NCBI GenBank assembly: GCA_964016885.1
Contig: OZ024743.1
Location: 189,968,001 to 190,032,000 of the forward strand
Reading direction: 5' to 3'
DNA length: 64,000 nt
Source: Eledone cirrhosa
Taxonomy: Eukaryota
The notes under the pieces are model-generated. The model saw only the letters and a list, made by a program, of their open reading frames with translations, did no database searches and was not told the DNA's origin. Below, one piece after another: positions 37,092 to 51,367 of the stretch. Every line of letters starts with the position of its first letter. Within the stretch, counting starts at the first letter, position 1. Made by a program: the position numbers and the translations under genes.

Positions 37092-37093
<2 letters not shown>

Positions 37094-37372
37094 GGGGTCG
37101 ATAAAATAAAGTACCAGTAATGTACTGGGTAATTGCTGGCCTTGTGCCTAAAGTAGAAACAATTATTATTATTATTATTGGGCGATGGATTGGCAGTATC
37201 AGTAGAGTGTCAGAAAACATGCTTTGTGGCATGGCCTTTTACATCTTGAGTTCAAATGCCTTACATCCTTACAGGGTCGATAAAATAAAGTACCAGTCGT
37301 GCACTGGGGTTGATTTAATTGACCCCCCCCCCCTCAAAATTGCTGGCCTTGTGCCTAAATCAGAAACCATTA
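37092..37372 (+). mobile_element. Two tandem SINE family A copies (truncated + near full)
   Basis: ggggtcgataaaataaagtaccagt core at 37094 and 37274; tRNA-like head at 37180; (ATT)n tails. Confidence 0.8.
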
Positions 37373-38344
37373 TTATTAATATTAATTGTTATCTTCATCA
37401 TTGCCCAGTGTTGATGATAGCTAGCAGTATTTTTCTTCTTACCTGCAGGCTTCATCTTGGAGCTTAAGATGATAAGAACTGCTTTTTACTCTTCTAGGTG
37501 GTATCCATCACTTTTCTAATTATTCTAGCAGAGCCAAGTAGGCTTGCTTTTTGTACAGGCCCTATACCAAGCTAAAAACCAACTCGTTGCAAAATTTTTT
37601 GTAAGATTGTCTGTTATATATCACAAAGCTCCTATAATTATTGGTACCAATATTACCTTATTTACTTCACCCCATCCATACTTTCATAACTTTATATTTG
37701 AGATCATTGTAGTAGTTTTTCTTTCCTTTTCTTTATCTTTTATTCTCATGTTAAAATGACATGCCACATCTATAATAAAACATTTCTTTTCTTTCTCGAG
37801 TATTAGTAATATGTCCGGTTTATTATGATCAATCTTTGTTTCCGTTTATATTGTAATATCCCACAGAATTTTGGCTTCATCATTTTCCAGCACTTTCATC
37901 TCTTTTGTTACAAAGTGGTCATATCATTTTCCATTACAGTTGAATTATTATTATTATTATTATTATTTTTATTTTTATTTTCTTTCATTATTGTTTCTGA
38001 GATATATGCCGAGTGTCTTCCCGACACCTAGGGCAAATAAATTCACAGTGTGCATTGGTAAGCTAATTAATACAGCACATTGATTATAATAAAAAAAATA
38101 AAACAGTATACATATATACACATGTGCATATGCATATGTAAATACAAGGTGGGATATCAATCTTACAGAGATAGTGCTCTTCTCAATACGTGTTTCAGTA
38201 CCAGTCAAAACAATTTTTTTGCACCTTGTGCAGAGAGGGTAAACCAGGAATCATTTGCAAATATTGTTCTGTTCCTTTATTGATCATTCCCAGTCCTCAC
38301 ACAATCACTGGTATTGTAACGGCCTTGTGTTATTATTATTATTG

Positions 38345-38690
38345 ATGGTGAAAGAGATTGCATGGTGGACACATTTGAAAGGGTTGAAGACAAGCACTTT
38401 CCTCTTTGACAAAGCCTTGATTAACTTTTTCAGGTTTCACTTTAAGAGGAAAATCAGGGTGGAGAGGGAATTTCCAGACAGCTTGTTGAAAGGTGTGTGA
38501 GAGAAGTGAGCATGGCATGAGTGAATAGGCCTGCTCTGAGTGTGCACCTGTTGATTAGAAGAGAACAACTGGGAAGGGGCACTTGCTTTGGCAGTCAGGG
38601 TGACCGTGGCTTTTTTGTGGGATTTATCCACGAGTGACCTTCATAAGTCTCCCCACTATTGGGGAATTTTCTTTTGTTTTAATTTTTTTA
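38345..38690 (+). mobile_element. Older degenerate 3' fragment of the same L1/Tx1 LINE family
   Basis: KGLKTSTFLFDKALINFFRFHFKRKIRVERE matches the 36445-36630 peptide. Confidence 0.8.
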
Positions 38691-39075
38691 GTTGTCTTGT
38701 TTTCTGTTATCATTCTTTTTGTATGAACAATCTCACATTGCATCATCTTATGCTGTCCTCTTCAATCAGAATTCTTGGATCCTATCCAGTCCATGAGATT
38801 TCCAGTTTGGCATTTTTCTAACATGCTCTTGAATATCTTGCTTTGAAATTCTTTCTCATCTCTGTTTTGGTTCATAAGATTACTTATGCTCAATTTCATT
38901 TACCCATCTCACATTTTGTTATGCTCTTTTGCAATTCCTCATAGATTTGATCAAAATTGTGTGGATGCTTCAGCATTGGGTGCAACTTTCCTCTGATTGT
39001 GTTCTAAAAAATATTTTCCAATTTGCAGAAAACAATCTGTTCTGTTTGTATCATTTTTGTCTATTTTGTCTATAA

Positions 39076-39270
39076 GGGCAGTGGATTGGCAGTATAAGTA
39101 GAGCGTCAGACACCATGCTTTACAGCATGTCTGAGTTCAAATCCCGCTGAGGTTAACTTTGCCTTTCATCCTTACAGGGTCGATAAAATAAAGCACCAGT
39201 AACGTACTGGGGTCAATTTAATCGACTTTCCCCTCCCCCCAAATTAATGACCTTGGGCATATACTGGAAA
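39076..39270 (+). mobile_element. SINE family A
   Basis: tRNA head (B-box gagttcaaatccc) + gcctttcatcc..gtcgataaaata core. Confidence 0.8.
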
Positions 39271-40067
39271 TCATTATTTTTGTCTATTTCTATATTAGAT
39301 TTTGCCTTAATTTGCTGCTTCACTTCTTCCATTACTACATTCAAACCTTTCAACTTTATTTCATATCTCATGTCCATGCACTATTTTTTCCGTATTTTGG
39401 CCTTCTGCCAACTTTTGAAACCTCCTATCAACATGCAAATGACCCAAATATTATATCACTTTGCAAACCCATAGTACATAGATGTATAGGTATATTGGTT
39501 TATCTATCCCTTAAGCATACTCCCACTTCTCTCTATTCAACAACTTAGATTACAATGTTCCATAAATTTACCTATGTTAATATGGTAGTGATAGGGGTAG
39601 CTGAAACATTGCCACCAGCTGGTGGCTAACTAACAAAGATAGTAAATAGATTAATCAACTGTTTAATCAACAAGCCATTTAGGAATAAGAACAATTACCA
39701 TGAATTGAATAGCCTGGCTCTTTTAGCACACTGACCTGACTTATTTCCATGACCTACTGCTACAACTATTTTAGCTTCCATTTCCGTCTTCATGAATTGC
39801 TAGTACTAGTTTCTCTGCAACATATGCTTGCCGGGTATTGAAACATAAAAACTTGTTAAATAGCATAATTGCTGAACAACGATATTTTGATGGCTTTGTA
39901 ATGTGCATAACCGAATGATGTAAGGAATTTAACTTATGTGATACCATATCTCTTCCTTTTCTTAATATTGATACCATCTATGTAATACATTGTGGCATGA
40001 CATCAAGTGATTTCATCTGAATACACCATTGTTGGTCAATTGCTTGGATCAACCAACACTGATTATC

Positions 40068-40106
<39 letters not shown>

Positions 40107-40141
40107 TTGTGTGTGTGTGTATGCGTGTGCATGTGAATGTG

Positions 40142-40177
<36 letters not shown>

Positions 40178-40592
40178 CATGTGCATGTGTGTGTGTGCAT
40201 GTGCGTATGCAAAAGTGCAAGAGACAAATAAAAATAAGAAAGCAATCGAGAAATATATTAGTTTTATTACAATAAAGAAATATATTAGTTTTATGCTTGA
40301 TGTAGTAGGAAAAAATGTCTTAAAATCTTGAACGCTAGTTCATTTTCAGACAATAGAATGAAAAATTCACTGATGTTGATAATGAATACCAACAATATGA
40401 CTGAAAGAAACTACCTTTAGTGAGCTATTTTATTCTAAAATTCCATATGCAAGATTGGGTGCACCTCTTTGACTAATATCCTTGCAATTAGAAGCCATAA
40501 ATTCATTCTTGTGCTGCTTACAATCTTAGAAAATATCAAACAAGATTGATAGCTCCATTTAAATTTTAAGCATATCAACGAAGAATATTATA

Positions 40593-40772
40593 TTGGCAGT
40601 ATCGGTAGAGGGTCGGACGCCATGCTTTCCAGCATAGTTACGTCCCTTTACGATCTGAGTTCAAATCCCGCCGAGGTTGACTTTGCCTTTCATCCTTGCG
40701 GGGTCGATAAAATAAAGTACCAGTAATGTACTGGGTAATTGCTGGCCTTGTGCCAAAGGTAGAAACAATTAT
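40593..40772 (+). mobile_element. SINE family A
   Basis: Same head, core and tail as the other copies. Confidence 0.85.
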
Positions 40773-41207
40773 TTACTGATTGCAAGAATAATTTCGATTG
40801 ATTGAAGTTTTTAAGCGCTGGTTCCCTAGAGTTGTTATCCAAAGAAATCTTCTCAATCCAGTGGCAGTGATGCTGGCCATAAACTGACCGATGTGTGATA
40901 CATACACATTCACCCTCACACACACACTCACATACATAAACACACAAACACGCATGTACACGCACACACATACACACACACATACAAACACATGCACACA
41001 CACGTGCACGCATGCACACACACACACACATATATATATATATAATATAAATTGGTTTAATCAACATGTATAAAAGATATATATTGATTATGTTACTCAG
41101 CCCAGGAAGCTCAATGAACATTAAATTCACAACATATTTCATACAAATTTAAGGAATATATCAAAATATATTTTCATATATCAAGTTGAGAAACAAAAAG
41201 TAGAATT

Positions 41208-41856
41208 CATCATCATCACCATCATCATCATTTAACATCCATCTTCCATGCTAGAATGGGTTAGACGGTTTCATTCCATTCGATAAGGGATTGGTCCGGA
41301 CACTGTGTCTCCCTTGTATAGAAGTGTCCCTGGCAGGTTTTCTATGGCTGGATGCCCTTCCTAACACCAACCACTTTTACAGTGTGGACTGGGAGCCTTT
41401 TTACCGTCTCTCCTACATGACCACTTTACAGTGTGGACTAGGTGCTTTGAGGGGAGATGGGTGTGTGGGGTGGGGTATATATTGGGTTAATAGGTGCCTA
41501 CTGACTGTAGGTTTGTGTGCAAGGGAAGGTGGGTCTTCTGTAAAACTGAATAGCATCAAAGATCACGATCCAGTGTCATTGTCTTAGAGAGGTATAAGTG
41601 AGCAAGGTCAGTTTTTATCACCTCACCCCAGGTTTTTCTTGATTTATCCACTCCATAGCTTCCCTCAATTTTCATTGCCCTGCACTTTTTTATACAGCTG
41701 TCGTACTTCATACGTATCACATGGTCATACCAATGCAATCTCCTCTCCAGAATACAACATTTGATACCTCTTATGCTTAGTCTCTCTCTCAATTCGTTTA
41801 TGCTTTGCCCTTCGCGCACATTACTATTACACATCCATCAGAGCATGCAAGCTTCA
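41208..41856 (-). mobile_element. RTE LINE 3' fragment
   Basis: ERRLHWYDHVIRMK..CIKKCR peptide; 3' UTR and (GAT)n tail on minus strand. Confidence 0.85.
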
Positions 41857-42167
41857 TATATAGAGAGCAGCAAATAATGAATGTACTCACTTCTCAGATG
41901 GCCGTTTCTAGGTATCCAAAGTTTATAATAAATTTTAACGATTGGTATCAATCATCAGTTATTGGTGTTTGTAATAAACATCGTCAATACCATCATCAGT
42001 GGGATTTGCTTTCCTCCATGTGTTTCTTACAAAAATTAATAACTGGTGATTAATACCAATCATTAAAATCGATTATAAACTTCGGAAGAATTCTAGGTTT
42101 CTAAAAAACGGCCATCTGAGAATTTGTAACTTAAGTGAGTAGATTCATTATTGTTGCTCTATATATA
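41857..42167. mobile_element. Fold-back / MITE-like element
   Basis: Imperfect arms tagagagcagcaaataatgaat..ctcagatggccgttt..attggtat..cagttatt versus mirror at 42022-42167; TA at both ends. Confidence 0.65.
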
Positions 42168-42232
42168 TCTACATAATTTTAGTTTTGTTTCTCAACTTGA
42201 TATATGAAAAATATTTTGTGATATATACTTTA

Positions 42233-42305
<73 letters not shown>

Positions 42306-43474
42306 GAGAGAGAGTTACATATATATAAATATATATATTTATATATATAAATATATTTATATTTATATATTTATATATATAAATATATATATAAATATAT
42401 ATATTTATATATATGTACATATGTGTTCAGTATTCTAAGTATGTTTCTATGCATGTGTGTGTTTGGGTGAGTTTCATTTCCTATGTACAGATTTTATAAT
42501 TTTAGTAATATCATTAACTTTATCTTCCAATATTCGCTCTACATAGATTGAATGTTGATCTTGTAAAGAACATGTTTAAGACCAAGACTTTTCATACAAT
42601 ACGAATAAGTTTCTATTTATTAACTAATACATATAACATGTACACCAAATGATCCAAATAAAATTAGAAAATTTTCCCCATAGATGATACTGTAACCCCC
42701 ATAGGTCTATTCAAATTAGTAGTAGCTTTCTAAACATATGTCTGAATGCCTTTATTGGTTGAAAATGTAGAAACGATTGAGATATTTCATTGCGAAAAAT
42801 ATTATATATAAAATAAGGAAAACAACAAGAAGAAACTTTTACAATGAATAGTCATAAAATCAAAGAGATAGCAAGTAAAAATTGCGGACAGTATGAAGCT
42901 GAAAAATGGAAATATACAACGAAAGTTCCCTTGAGCAATAACCCCAATATTAGATGCAGAAAACACACAAGACAAAAATTATTTCTTATTAACTTTGGAT
43001 ACGACTCGTTTTTAGTTCTTTTGAAACATATACGTGAGTAATAAATCTATATGTCTTCTCTTATTGTGTTCTTTATTTCCACAAGTCATTTATCATGTTG
43101 GATTTCTTCTACATAAACTTTCCAATTATTGGAGTCTATTCTGTGAAGACAGCTTACAAGTTGTTGGCCATGATTCACTCTATATGCTAACAAAACTATA
43201 TTACTGAAGCTTGTGCATTAAGCTATGTTTGTAATTTTCTGTTTGTAACACAGACAGAACTCTGCTTGACTATAACATGCAGAAGAGGTTCAAGGGTAAC
43301 TTAAGGAAATGGTTTCTTACTGAAAAGAATATATATTTCTACTTAACTCTTTCAAGTGATGCTGCAATATAATATTAGTTAATTATTCAACAATTTTCCA
43401 GAGAAAACTTAAAAGAAATGACTAATAACGTTCCTCATAAAAATTATATGAATTCCTGCAAGTACAATTAAAGG

Positions 43475-43760
43475 TTTTTGGCTTAGCAGTAAAGGTATTG
43501 GACTCATGATCATAATGCATAATGTCATAGGTTCGTTTCTTTGACTGGGTTATGTGTTTTGTTCTTGAGCAAAATACATCATTTCACGTTGCTCCAGTAT
43601 AGTCAGCTGAAAATAAATACCAGCAATACCAGCAATAGCAGTTTAACCCTGCGATGGATGAGTGTCTTGTCCATTTGGGAGTCTTATGGCCTCAATCACT
43701 TCACGCCACAGAAACTGGCATAAGCACTGGCCTGATGAGCTTCTGGGCTTGAGACTGACT
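43475..43760 (+). mobile_element. Old SINE family B copy
   Basis: tggcttagcagtaaagg head, tgtgttttgttcttgagcaaaatac core, ccctgcgatgga tail. Confidence 0.6.
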
Positions 43761-44189
43761 TTAGACTTTAGACACTTATAATGTAATTTGTAGCTTATAA
43801 ACTTAAACATATCCTAGATTTAACAGATTATAAATTTTTGATAGAGCTGCTGATAGTTCTAATTTGACTGACAACAATGCACTAATATATCTATTAGTTT
43901 ACTCTAAAACATCAGTCATGTCTCCTTTATTGCAATGGCTATGGTAGACATATGGTATTATCCATATATGCCCCTGCATATAATTTTTTTCTTTTTCAGG
44001 TCAAGCGTGTAACTGACACTAAAACTCGTTCTAATGTGATAACCAACACTTTCTGTACAGAAAGTACATGATACTCAGAGCTAAGAACAGAAAAGGAATT
44101 TCAATAAAAAGATATTGAAATCAACATTTCAATTGGTTTAGGAAAGCAAAACTGTTTTTCACATGTGTTGCATGCATCTAAGGATGTCT

Positions 44190-44608
44190 TAATAACTGTT
44201 TCTACTTTAGGCACAAGGCCAGTAATTTGAAGGGAAAGAGAAAGTCGATTTAATCGACTCCTGTGCATTACTGGTCCCTTATTTTATCGACCTGTAAGGA
44301 TGAAAAGCAAAGCTGAGCTCAGCAGAATTTGAAGAAAGAACATAAAGAGCCGTAATGCTCTGCTGCAAAGAAGGGTGTCAGGTGCTGTACCAATACTGCC
44401 AATCCACCACCCTTGTTGTCAGTCTTAATAACTGTTTCTACCTTTGGCACAAGGCAAGCAATTACCCCAGTGCATTACTGGTGCTTTATTTTATAGACCC
44501 TATAAGGATGAAAGGCAAAGTTAACCTTGGCGGGATTTGAACTCAGACTGTAAAGGGCCATAACTCTATGCTGTCCGATCCTCTACCAATACTGCCAATC
44601 CACTAGCC
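44190..44608 (-). mobile_element. Two tandem SINE family A copies
   Basis: Reverse-complement cores at ~44275-44330 and ~44480-44545. Confidence 0.82.
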
Positions 44609-44894
44609 TTAATAATGTTAGTCTTAATAATGCCATCTCAATTATTGGAAATTAACATTATTCTGTTATATCATATTGTCATTTTTTATTACTATTCATC
44701 GAATTAAGATATTACCTTTGCATTATTTTCTTTTGGATACTTTATGCTAGCATATATAATCACCTTGATCACCTTGACCGGCCAGTCTGTAGGGCGCCAT
44801 ACGGCACTGCTGGTCATAGCATGTGCTGTTTTAGCCATACGATGACGCCATCCCACTGGCTGGGCGGGCAGGCCGTAAGTCTAAAGTCTGTCTT

Positions 44895-45158
44895 AAGCCA
44901 GAAGGCTCATTTGGCCGGTGCTTATCCCGGTTTCATGGCATGAAGCGATTGAGAGTAAAGACTCCCCCCTGGACAGGATGCCAGTCCATCGCAGGGTTAA
45001 ACCTCCAGCTATTGCTGGTTCTCATTTTCAGCTGAGTAAACAGGAGCAACGTGAAATAAAGTGTCTTGCTCAAGGAAACAACACATCACCCGGTCCGAGA
45101 ATTGAACTCACAACCTTTCTATTGCAAGCCTACTGCTCTGACCACCAAGCCATGAGCC
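44895..45158 (-). mobile_element. SINE family B
   Basis: cagctgagtaaacaggagcaacgtgaaataaagtgtcttgctcaagg... matches 3089-3215. Confidence 0.8.
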
Positions 45159-46189
45159 TTATAATAATAAATAGTTTTATTAGTACTTCTTTTATCAGCT
45201 CCTAAATATCTGAACATAATATTTCCACATGCACACATGCACACAAACACACACACACACACATGTACATACACACAAACACATAATACACATGCATGCT
45301 CAAACATATATATTGACATAAATATTTAAAGAAGCTGTTAACAACTATGGAATTTTATGTGAGGACAAGCTGTCATAGCCATATCATGGTATAAACATAT
45401 AACTATTGTCAATTTGGTCTGTAGCACAAAACTAATTAACTACAATATCGATAAATTTACTGAAATTTGAATATATAATCAAATAAAAATACTTAATTAA
45501 ACTATATATGCCTTTAGAATGTTATATTTCAATAAATATGATAATTAAGCAGCGTGTATCATATGTAAAACTACATTAAGCTTGTTTTAACTTTTAACAT
45601 TCTGTACCACATGAAACCCTATTAGCAAGTCATTCTTGAAAATTATAAAACAAAACAGCACAGTGAATGCATTATATTAGATTTGAACTCCTTAAGCTAA
45701 TATTGCAAATATACACAACTATCTGTTGACTAAAAATATGTGATAAACATCTCAATTAATAAATTCATTTTTAGACAGAAATTTTCTGCTAAATCATTAC
45801 AGCATGTTAAGAGTTAAAAGCTAAAATGTGTAATATTCATATGGGATATATAAGTAAATTCTGCTTCATTAACTTCTGGGCTCAAATTAAATAGAATTGA
45901 TGATGTTGATATGAAATGTGAAAGTAAATAGGCTATTGGTCTATATTTCACACACATTGTCTATTTAAATTTATTGCAGGTATCTCATAGTGCTTGAGCC
46001 AAACATAAAAATCTGCAATGTTCTGGTTTAGCTAGTTGTTGTAAATAGTTCCAAAATCAATTCAAAATATTAATTAACCTGTCGTAGATTTATTTCTCAT
46101 CTGCTTCATATATACAAGCTAAGGTAAGTCCCTTGTAATTTAGGTAACATTTCTATTAAATTTTGAACAGATCACTGTTTGATCAAATA

Positions 46190-48550
46190 TGCATGGGTGA
46201 TAATGTGTCAAGGAAAACCGTGATATTGTCGGGGAGAAGTGTGTACTTAACGATGATGGCATACTTGCCATCACTGACGCTGATAAGAAGGTAGCTTGGA
46301 AGTGTCACTATGAAAGGCTACTAAATGAGGAGAATAAATGGGAGAAAGACAGTCTCCCCCACATCAACCCAATAGAGGGACCAGCAGTGTTAGTCGAAGG
46401 TAGTATAATAAGTAAGGCAATCAAAGATATGAAGACAAGTAAGGCGGCTGGGCCTTCGGAAATAGTTGCTGAGATGCTGAAAGCCTCTGGAACGGTGGGA
46501 CACACCATGGTCACCTGGATAGTAAACCAAGTCATACAGAATGGGGTTGTTCCGAAGGACTGGCATAGCAGCATCATCGTTAACTGTTACAAGGGTAAAG
46601 GAGACGCCCTAGATAGGAGTAACTATAGAGGCATTAAATTAATCGACCAGGTCATGAAGGTCCCAGAAAAAGTAATAGTGCAACTAATCAGAGAGAGAAT
46701 TGATCTAGATGAAATGCAGTTCGGGTTTGTGTCAGGCAAAAGTACCACAGACGCTCTTTTCATTGTACGACAACTACAGGAGAAGTACCTAGCTAAAAGT
46801 AAACCCTATACTTAGCTTTTGTCGACTTGGAGAAAGCCTTCGACAGAGTCCCCCGTTCCATTATCTGGTGGGCTCTTAGAAAACTAGGTGTTGACAAATG
46901 GCTTGTGAGAGCTATACAAGCCATGTATAAAGAAACAGTCAGCAAGGTTAGAATTAACAACGAATATAGTGAAGAGTTTATCGTAAAAGTTGGTGTCCAT
47001 CAGGGCTCTGTTCTTAGCCCCCTACTATTTATTATTGCCCTTCAGGCTATAACAGAGGAGTTCAAGACCGGCTGCCCATGGGAACTCCTATACGCAGATG
47101 ATCTAACGCTCATAGCTGAATCAATGGCCGAGCTAGAGAAGAAATTCCAAACATGGAAGCACGGCCTAGAATCAAAAGGCCTTAAAATTAACCTGGCTAA
47201 GACTAAAGTTCTAGTTTGTAGGAAAGAAAATAAGGCGCCGGTCCCTTCCGGGAAATGGCCATGCTCAGTGTGTAGGAAAGGTGTAGGTAGAAACTCCATT
47301 TTATGTCCCAAATGTAAAGTATGGGTGCATAAAAGATGTAGTGGGATCACAGGTAAGCTAACTAAGAACACAGATTTTACATGTGGCCGGTGCTCTGGTG
47401 CAATAAGTAGCAGCATGTGCCCACAAAATACTAGCTCTTTCAATTGCGCAGAGGGTTCTATAGAAATAGTGAACAGCTTCCATTACCTGGGTGACAAAAT
47501 CAGCAGTGGGGGAGGGTGCTCCGAAAGTACAGTAGCTAGAGTCAGAACTGGATGGAAAAAGTTCAGAGAGCTTATACCACTATTAGCCGCTAAAGGGTTC
47601 TCCCTAAAAATGAAAGGCAGGTTGTATGATGCCTGCATACGAACAGCAATGTTGCATGGCAGTGAGACCTGGGCATTGTGTGCAGAGGATATACGCAGAC
47701 TAGAGAGGAACGAAGCTTGCATGCTCCACTGGATGTGTAATAGTAATATACGTGAACGGCAAAGCATAAACGAACTAAGGAAAAAATTAGAAATAAGAAC
47801 GATCAGATGTTGTTTACTCGAGAGAAGGCTACGTTGGTATGGTCACGTGATGCGCATGAAAGACGACAGCTGTATAACAAAGTGCAGGGCAATAAAGATA
47901 GATGGTAGCCACGGAGTAGGCAGACCCAGAAAAACCTGGGACGAGCTGATAAATTCCGACCTCACACACTTACACCTCTCCAAGACAATGTCACTGGACC
48001 GAGACCTTTGGCGGTACTCAGTAATAGAGAAGACCCGCCTTACCTAAATACAAAGTAAAACCTACTACAGTCAGTAGGCATCTCTAACAAAATACATCCC
48101 CGTCCCACCACCCCCACCCCATCCACACCGCCCCTTTCAATGTAAAGTTATGTTGGTGCCACAACATCCAGGCCGAAACAAATGAGATCGTGTAGGTGTC
48201 ACGACAAAAAACACACAGTCCACGCTGTAATGTGGCCGTGTAGGCAACACGGTAAAAACCTCCCAGTCCCACAGTGTAAATGTGGTTGGTGTTAGGAAGG
48301 GCATCCAGCTGTAGAAAACCCGCCAGACAGTCCACGCTGTAATGTGGCCGTGTAAGCAACACGGTAAAAACCTCCCAGCCCCACACTGTAAATGTGGTTG
48401 GTGTTAGGAAGGGCATCCAGCTGTAGAAAACCCTCCAGACAGTCCTATGCGAGCAAGACAACCACTCTTGCCTCAAGTGGGAAAACTCCCATCCAAACCC
48501 ATGCAAGCGTGGAACATGGACGTTAAACGATGATGATGATGATGATGATA
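46190..48550 (+). mobile_element. RTE-clade LINE, 5'-truncated, one frameshift (~46810), (GAT)n tail
   Basis: [62 protein letters not shown]; 3' UTR with ~115-bp tandem duplication. Confidence 0.95.
46387..48047 (+). pseudogene. RT ORF of the RTE LINE with an internal PHD-like zinc finger
   Basis: ORFs 46387..46815 and 46827..48047; CSVC..C.KC..WVH.RC...FTCGRC. Confidence 0.9.
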
Positions 48551-49174
48551 TAATTAATTTGCTTTAGTAAATTTACAATCATAAAACATGGATTTATGCT
48601 TAAATATCACAGTCATCATTGTGGTCTATCTACTTTCTATGTTGGCTTAGATTGAATGGGTTGAGACTAGTCAGGTCGAAGACAGATCATATGTTCCAAA
48701 TTTGGCATGTTTTCTATGGCTGAATGCCCTACCTAACATAAACCACTTTAAAAAGTGTAGTAAGTGTATTTTATTGTGACATCAGTACTTTACAGGCTGT
48801 ACATTTTATCATAACATTAGCACTAATGAGATTAGCATATGCTTCACCAGACTGAAGAGTCCTCTCTACCGTACACTGTCTCCATTTGGTTACAAAACAC
48901 ATTATAGTGTGTACTGAATGCATTCTATCATAGCACTGACATTGTCATAGTGTGTTCCATTGTGGAAGAGGTCATCTCCACTGATTGTGTCTCCAATTTT
49001 TCACCATTTGTACTTTTACTGATGCAGTACCTGCACTGGTGAGCAAATCATTTGTAGTAGATGAATCGCCAGTCAACTCAATCTTGAATCATCCCCTTAA
49101 TGAAGTAATGAGGTTCAGTCGTTTGACAACATTCTTTACAACTACGTCCTTTGTTTTACTTGGTGACCTCCACC

Positions 49175-49610
49175 TCAGATTCCATCCAATCTAAGCATTA
49201 AGACCTTTTTCATACAATTCTCACTCTCATTCCAATACCAGTGCAACCATTTCCCTTGCACATTACATTTAATTTCTCTGTTACTCAGCTTATCTCTCAG
49301 TTCACTAGTACTCTGTTCTTCATATACAATAACATTGCACATCCAACAGAGCATGCCTCTTTCTGTTTCAAACACTGCAAATATCCCACTCTTAAAGCCC
49401 ATGTCTTGCTGTCACGTACCTTAGAAGTTTGCATGCAAACATCATATATTCTGCCCTTCATTCAGAGCAAGATGCTTTTTGTTGCCAGCAAAGTTCCCAG
49501 AACTTCTATTATGTTCTCACTCTAGCTATAACACATTCAGTACACCCATTGCCACTATTATTAAACTCCCTTAGAAAGCAAAGGCTTTTTTCTACGTCTA
49601 GTGAACCTTC
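49175..49610 (-). mobile_element. Degenerate RTE LINE fragment
   Basis: MLCWMCNV..ELRDKL..LHWYW similar to the RTE C-terminus. Confidence 0.7.
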
Positions 49611-51180
49611 TGAACCTTCTGAATAGCTGGTTCTATGTGAGGTAATATTTTACTCAAATATACATTCAAGCAACCATATAATAACACTGCAATGCATCTT
49701 TCCTTTTAGTATCAGTATGAATAATTGTACCACTATCATTATGTACTCACTTATCCCACTTATCTATTTCTCTATGTAAGTATAAGCTTGTTCTGCATTA
49801 AGGATATTTCTATCTAAACTATCCAGTTCATAATTACTTTTAAGCTAGATGCATCAGTTAGAAAATGAGGATCTTAATTGTTGTTGGTGAAATGGGACTA
49901 GTAATTTGTTTTTCTGACAGTCAGATTGTTTGAAATTATCACCAATTCTGCATTTGTAAGCAATCCAAATCATTAAGAACTTAGCTAATTCATCCATATT
50001 TTATTTATATGAACAATTTATACTGTTCTAGATTTTATTTCTTTATATCATTCCCTAAAATATATCTATATTTATTATCCATATTCATATATTTATTGTC
50101 AATTTCTGGTCCATAGATATACAATATTTACTTCAAATTATGCCAAAAGCCACTTTTTCTCAGATTACAATCTCATTAGACCTAAACCAGAAATGATTAA
50201 AAACAACAAAAATGTACTGGTCTTTGCATTAATAACAAAGAAAAGTAAAGAAGCTTAATAGTATGGGTTGATAAAAACCACAAGTAGGCGGTGGAGTTAC
50301 AATTTCTTGCGTTACTATCTCAAATGTTTTCCTTTTATTTATTAATTAACTTCTCACCAATAATCTAATCAGTTTAGGTCCAAATCTTCTGACTGCTTGA
50401 TTAGTTCTACTCACAAAACTGGCGAGTATCCAGAGTTAAAGAAAATGACTCTTGGCTGCTTAAAGAAGTCCATGCTTTGATATGATTCTATTGCCAAATA
50501 GATGAACTTCCTTATTTCTGAGCAGTTTAAATTACATTACATGGCTCCTAGCCACTCGATGTGTCATAATAGTTTTGTTATCAACAGATCTATTGAGTTA
50601 AGAAAATATTTAGTGTAGAAAAATTATTAAATAATCTTTAGCATTGAAATATCTGTGACTGAAAGATTCTGTAAATTCATTGTTAAAAACAAAAAAGGAA
50701 AGATAAAACTGTTTTCCTTCTTGTTCAATGTTTTCCTGATATACTCATTCTTCATATAAACTGTATAAACTAAAAATTTGCGATAAGAACGAAAAAAGTG
50801 CAAAGAAAGAAGAAAGATGACGGAATATACAAAGAAATATTAAAAAACTAAAAAAATGGATGAAGAAAAAAAGAAAGAACGAGTGAAATAAATGAATCAA
50901 AAAGTCATAAAATTATCTATTTAATATCTTATCTCATTATAACATCAAGTCATTGTTGGTCAAGTAAACAGGGTTTCAGACAATCAGCTAAAGAAACTAC
51001 AGTTTGTAGCACATCTTTTGGTCCATATTCAGAACATTTATTTCTCAAATGACCCATTGTAATTAAGTATTTCTATCACCCATACTACCCCATTGTAAAT
51101 AGATATTACTGAAAATTACACATAATGTACATAATGTAATAGTAAGTGGAGATTACTGTACACTAGACTAGTTTATAATT

Positions 51181-51367
51181 ATTTCTACTATTGGCACAAG
51201 GGCAGCAATGACCCAGTACATTACTGGTACTTTATTTTATCGACCCCGTAAGGATAAAAGGCAAAGTTAACCTCAGCGGGATTTGAACTCAGAATGGAAA
51301 GGGCCCTAACTCTATGCATCAAAGCATGGCGTCCGACCCTCTACCGATACTGCCAATTCACCGCCCT
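51181..51367 (-). mobile_element. SINE family A
   Basis: Full head-core-tail reverse complement. Confidence 0.85.

Noticed and set aside
41950-42000. Two CTGATGA motifs on minus strand
   Set aside because: No downstream GAAA or stem II
43725-43760. ctgatgag-hairpin motif
   Set aside because: Part of a SINE tail; GAGA instead of GAAA and no stem I/III
43985-44070. Plus-strand acceptor (ttttttctttttcag) with possible short exon
   Set aside because: No supporting neighbouring exons or recognisable peptide
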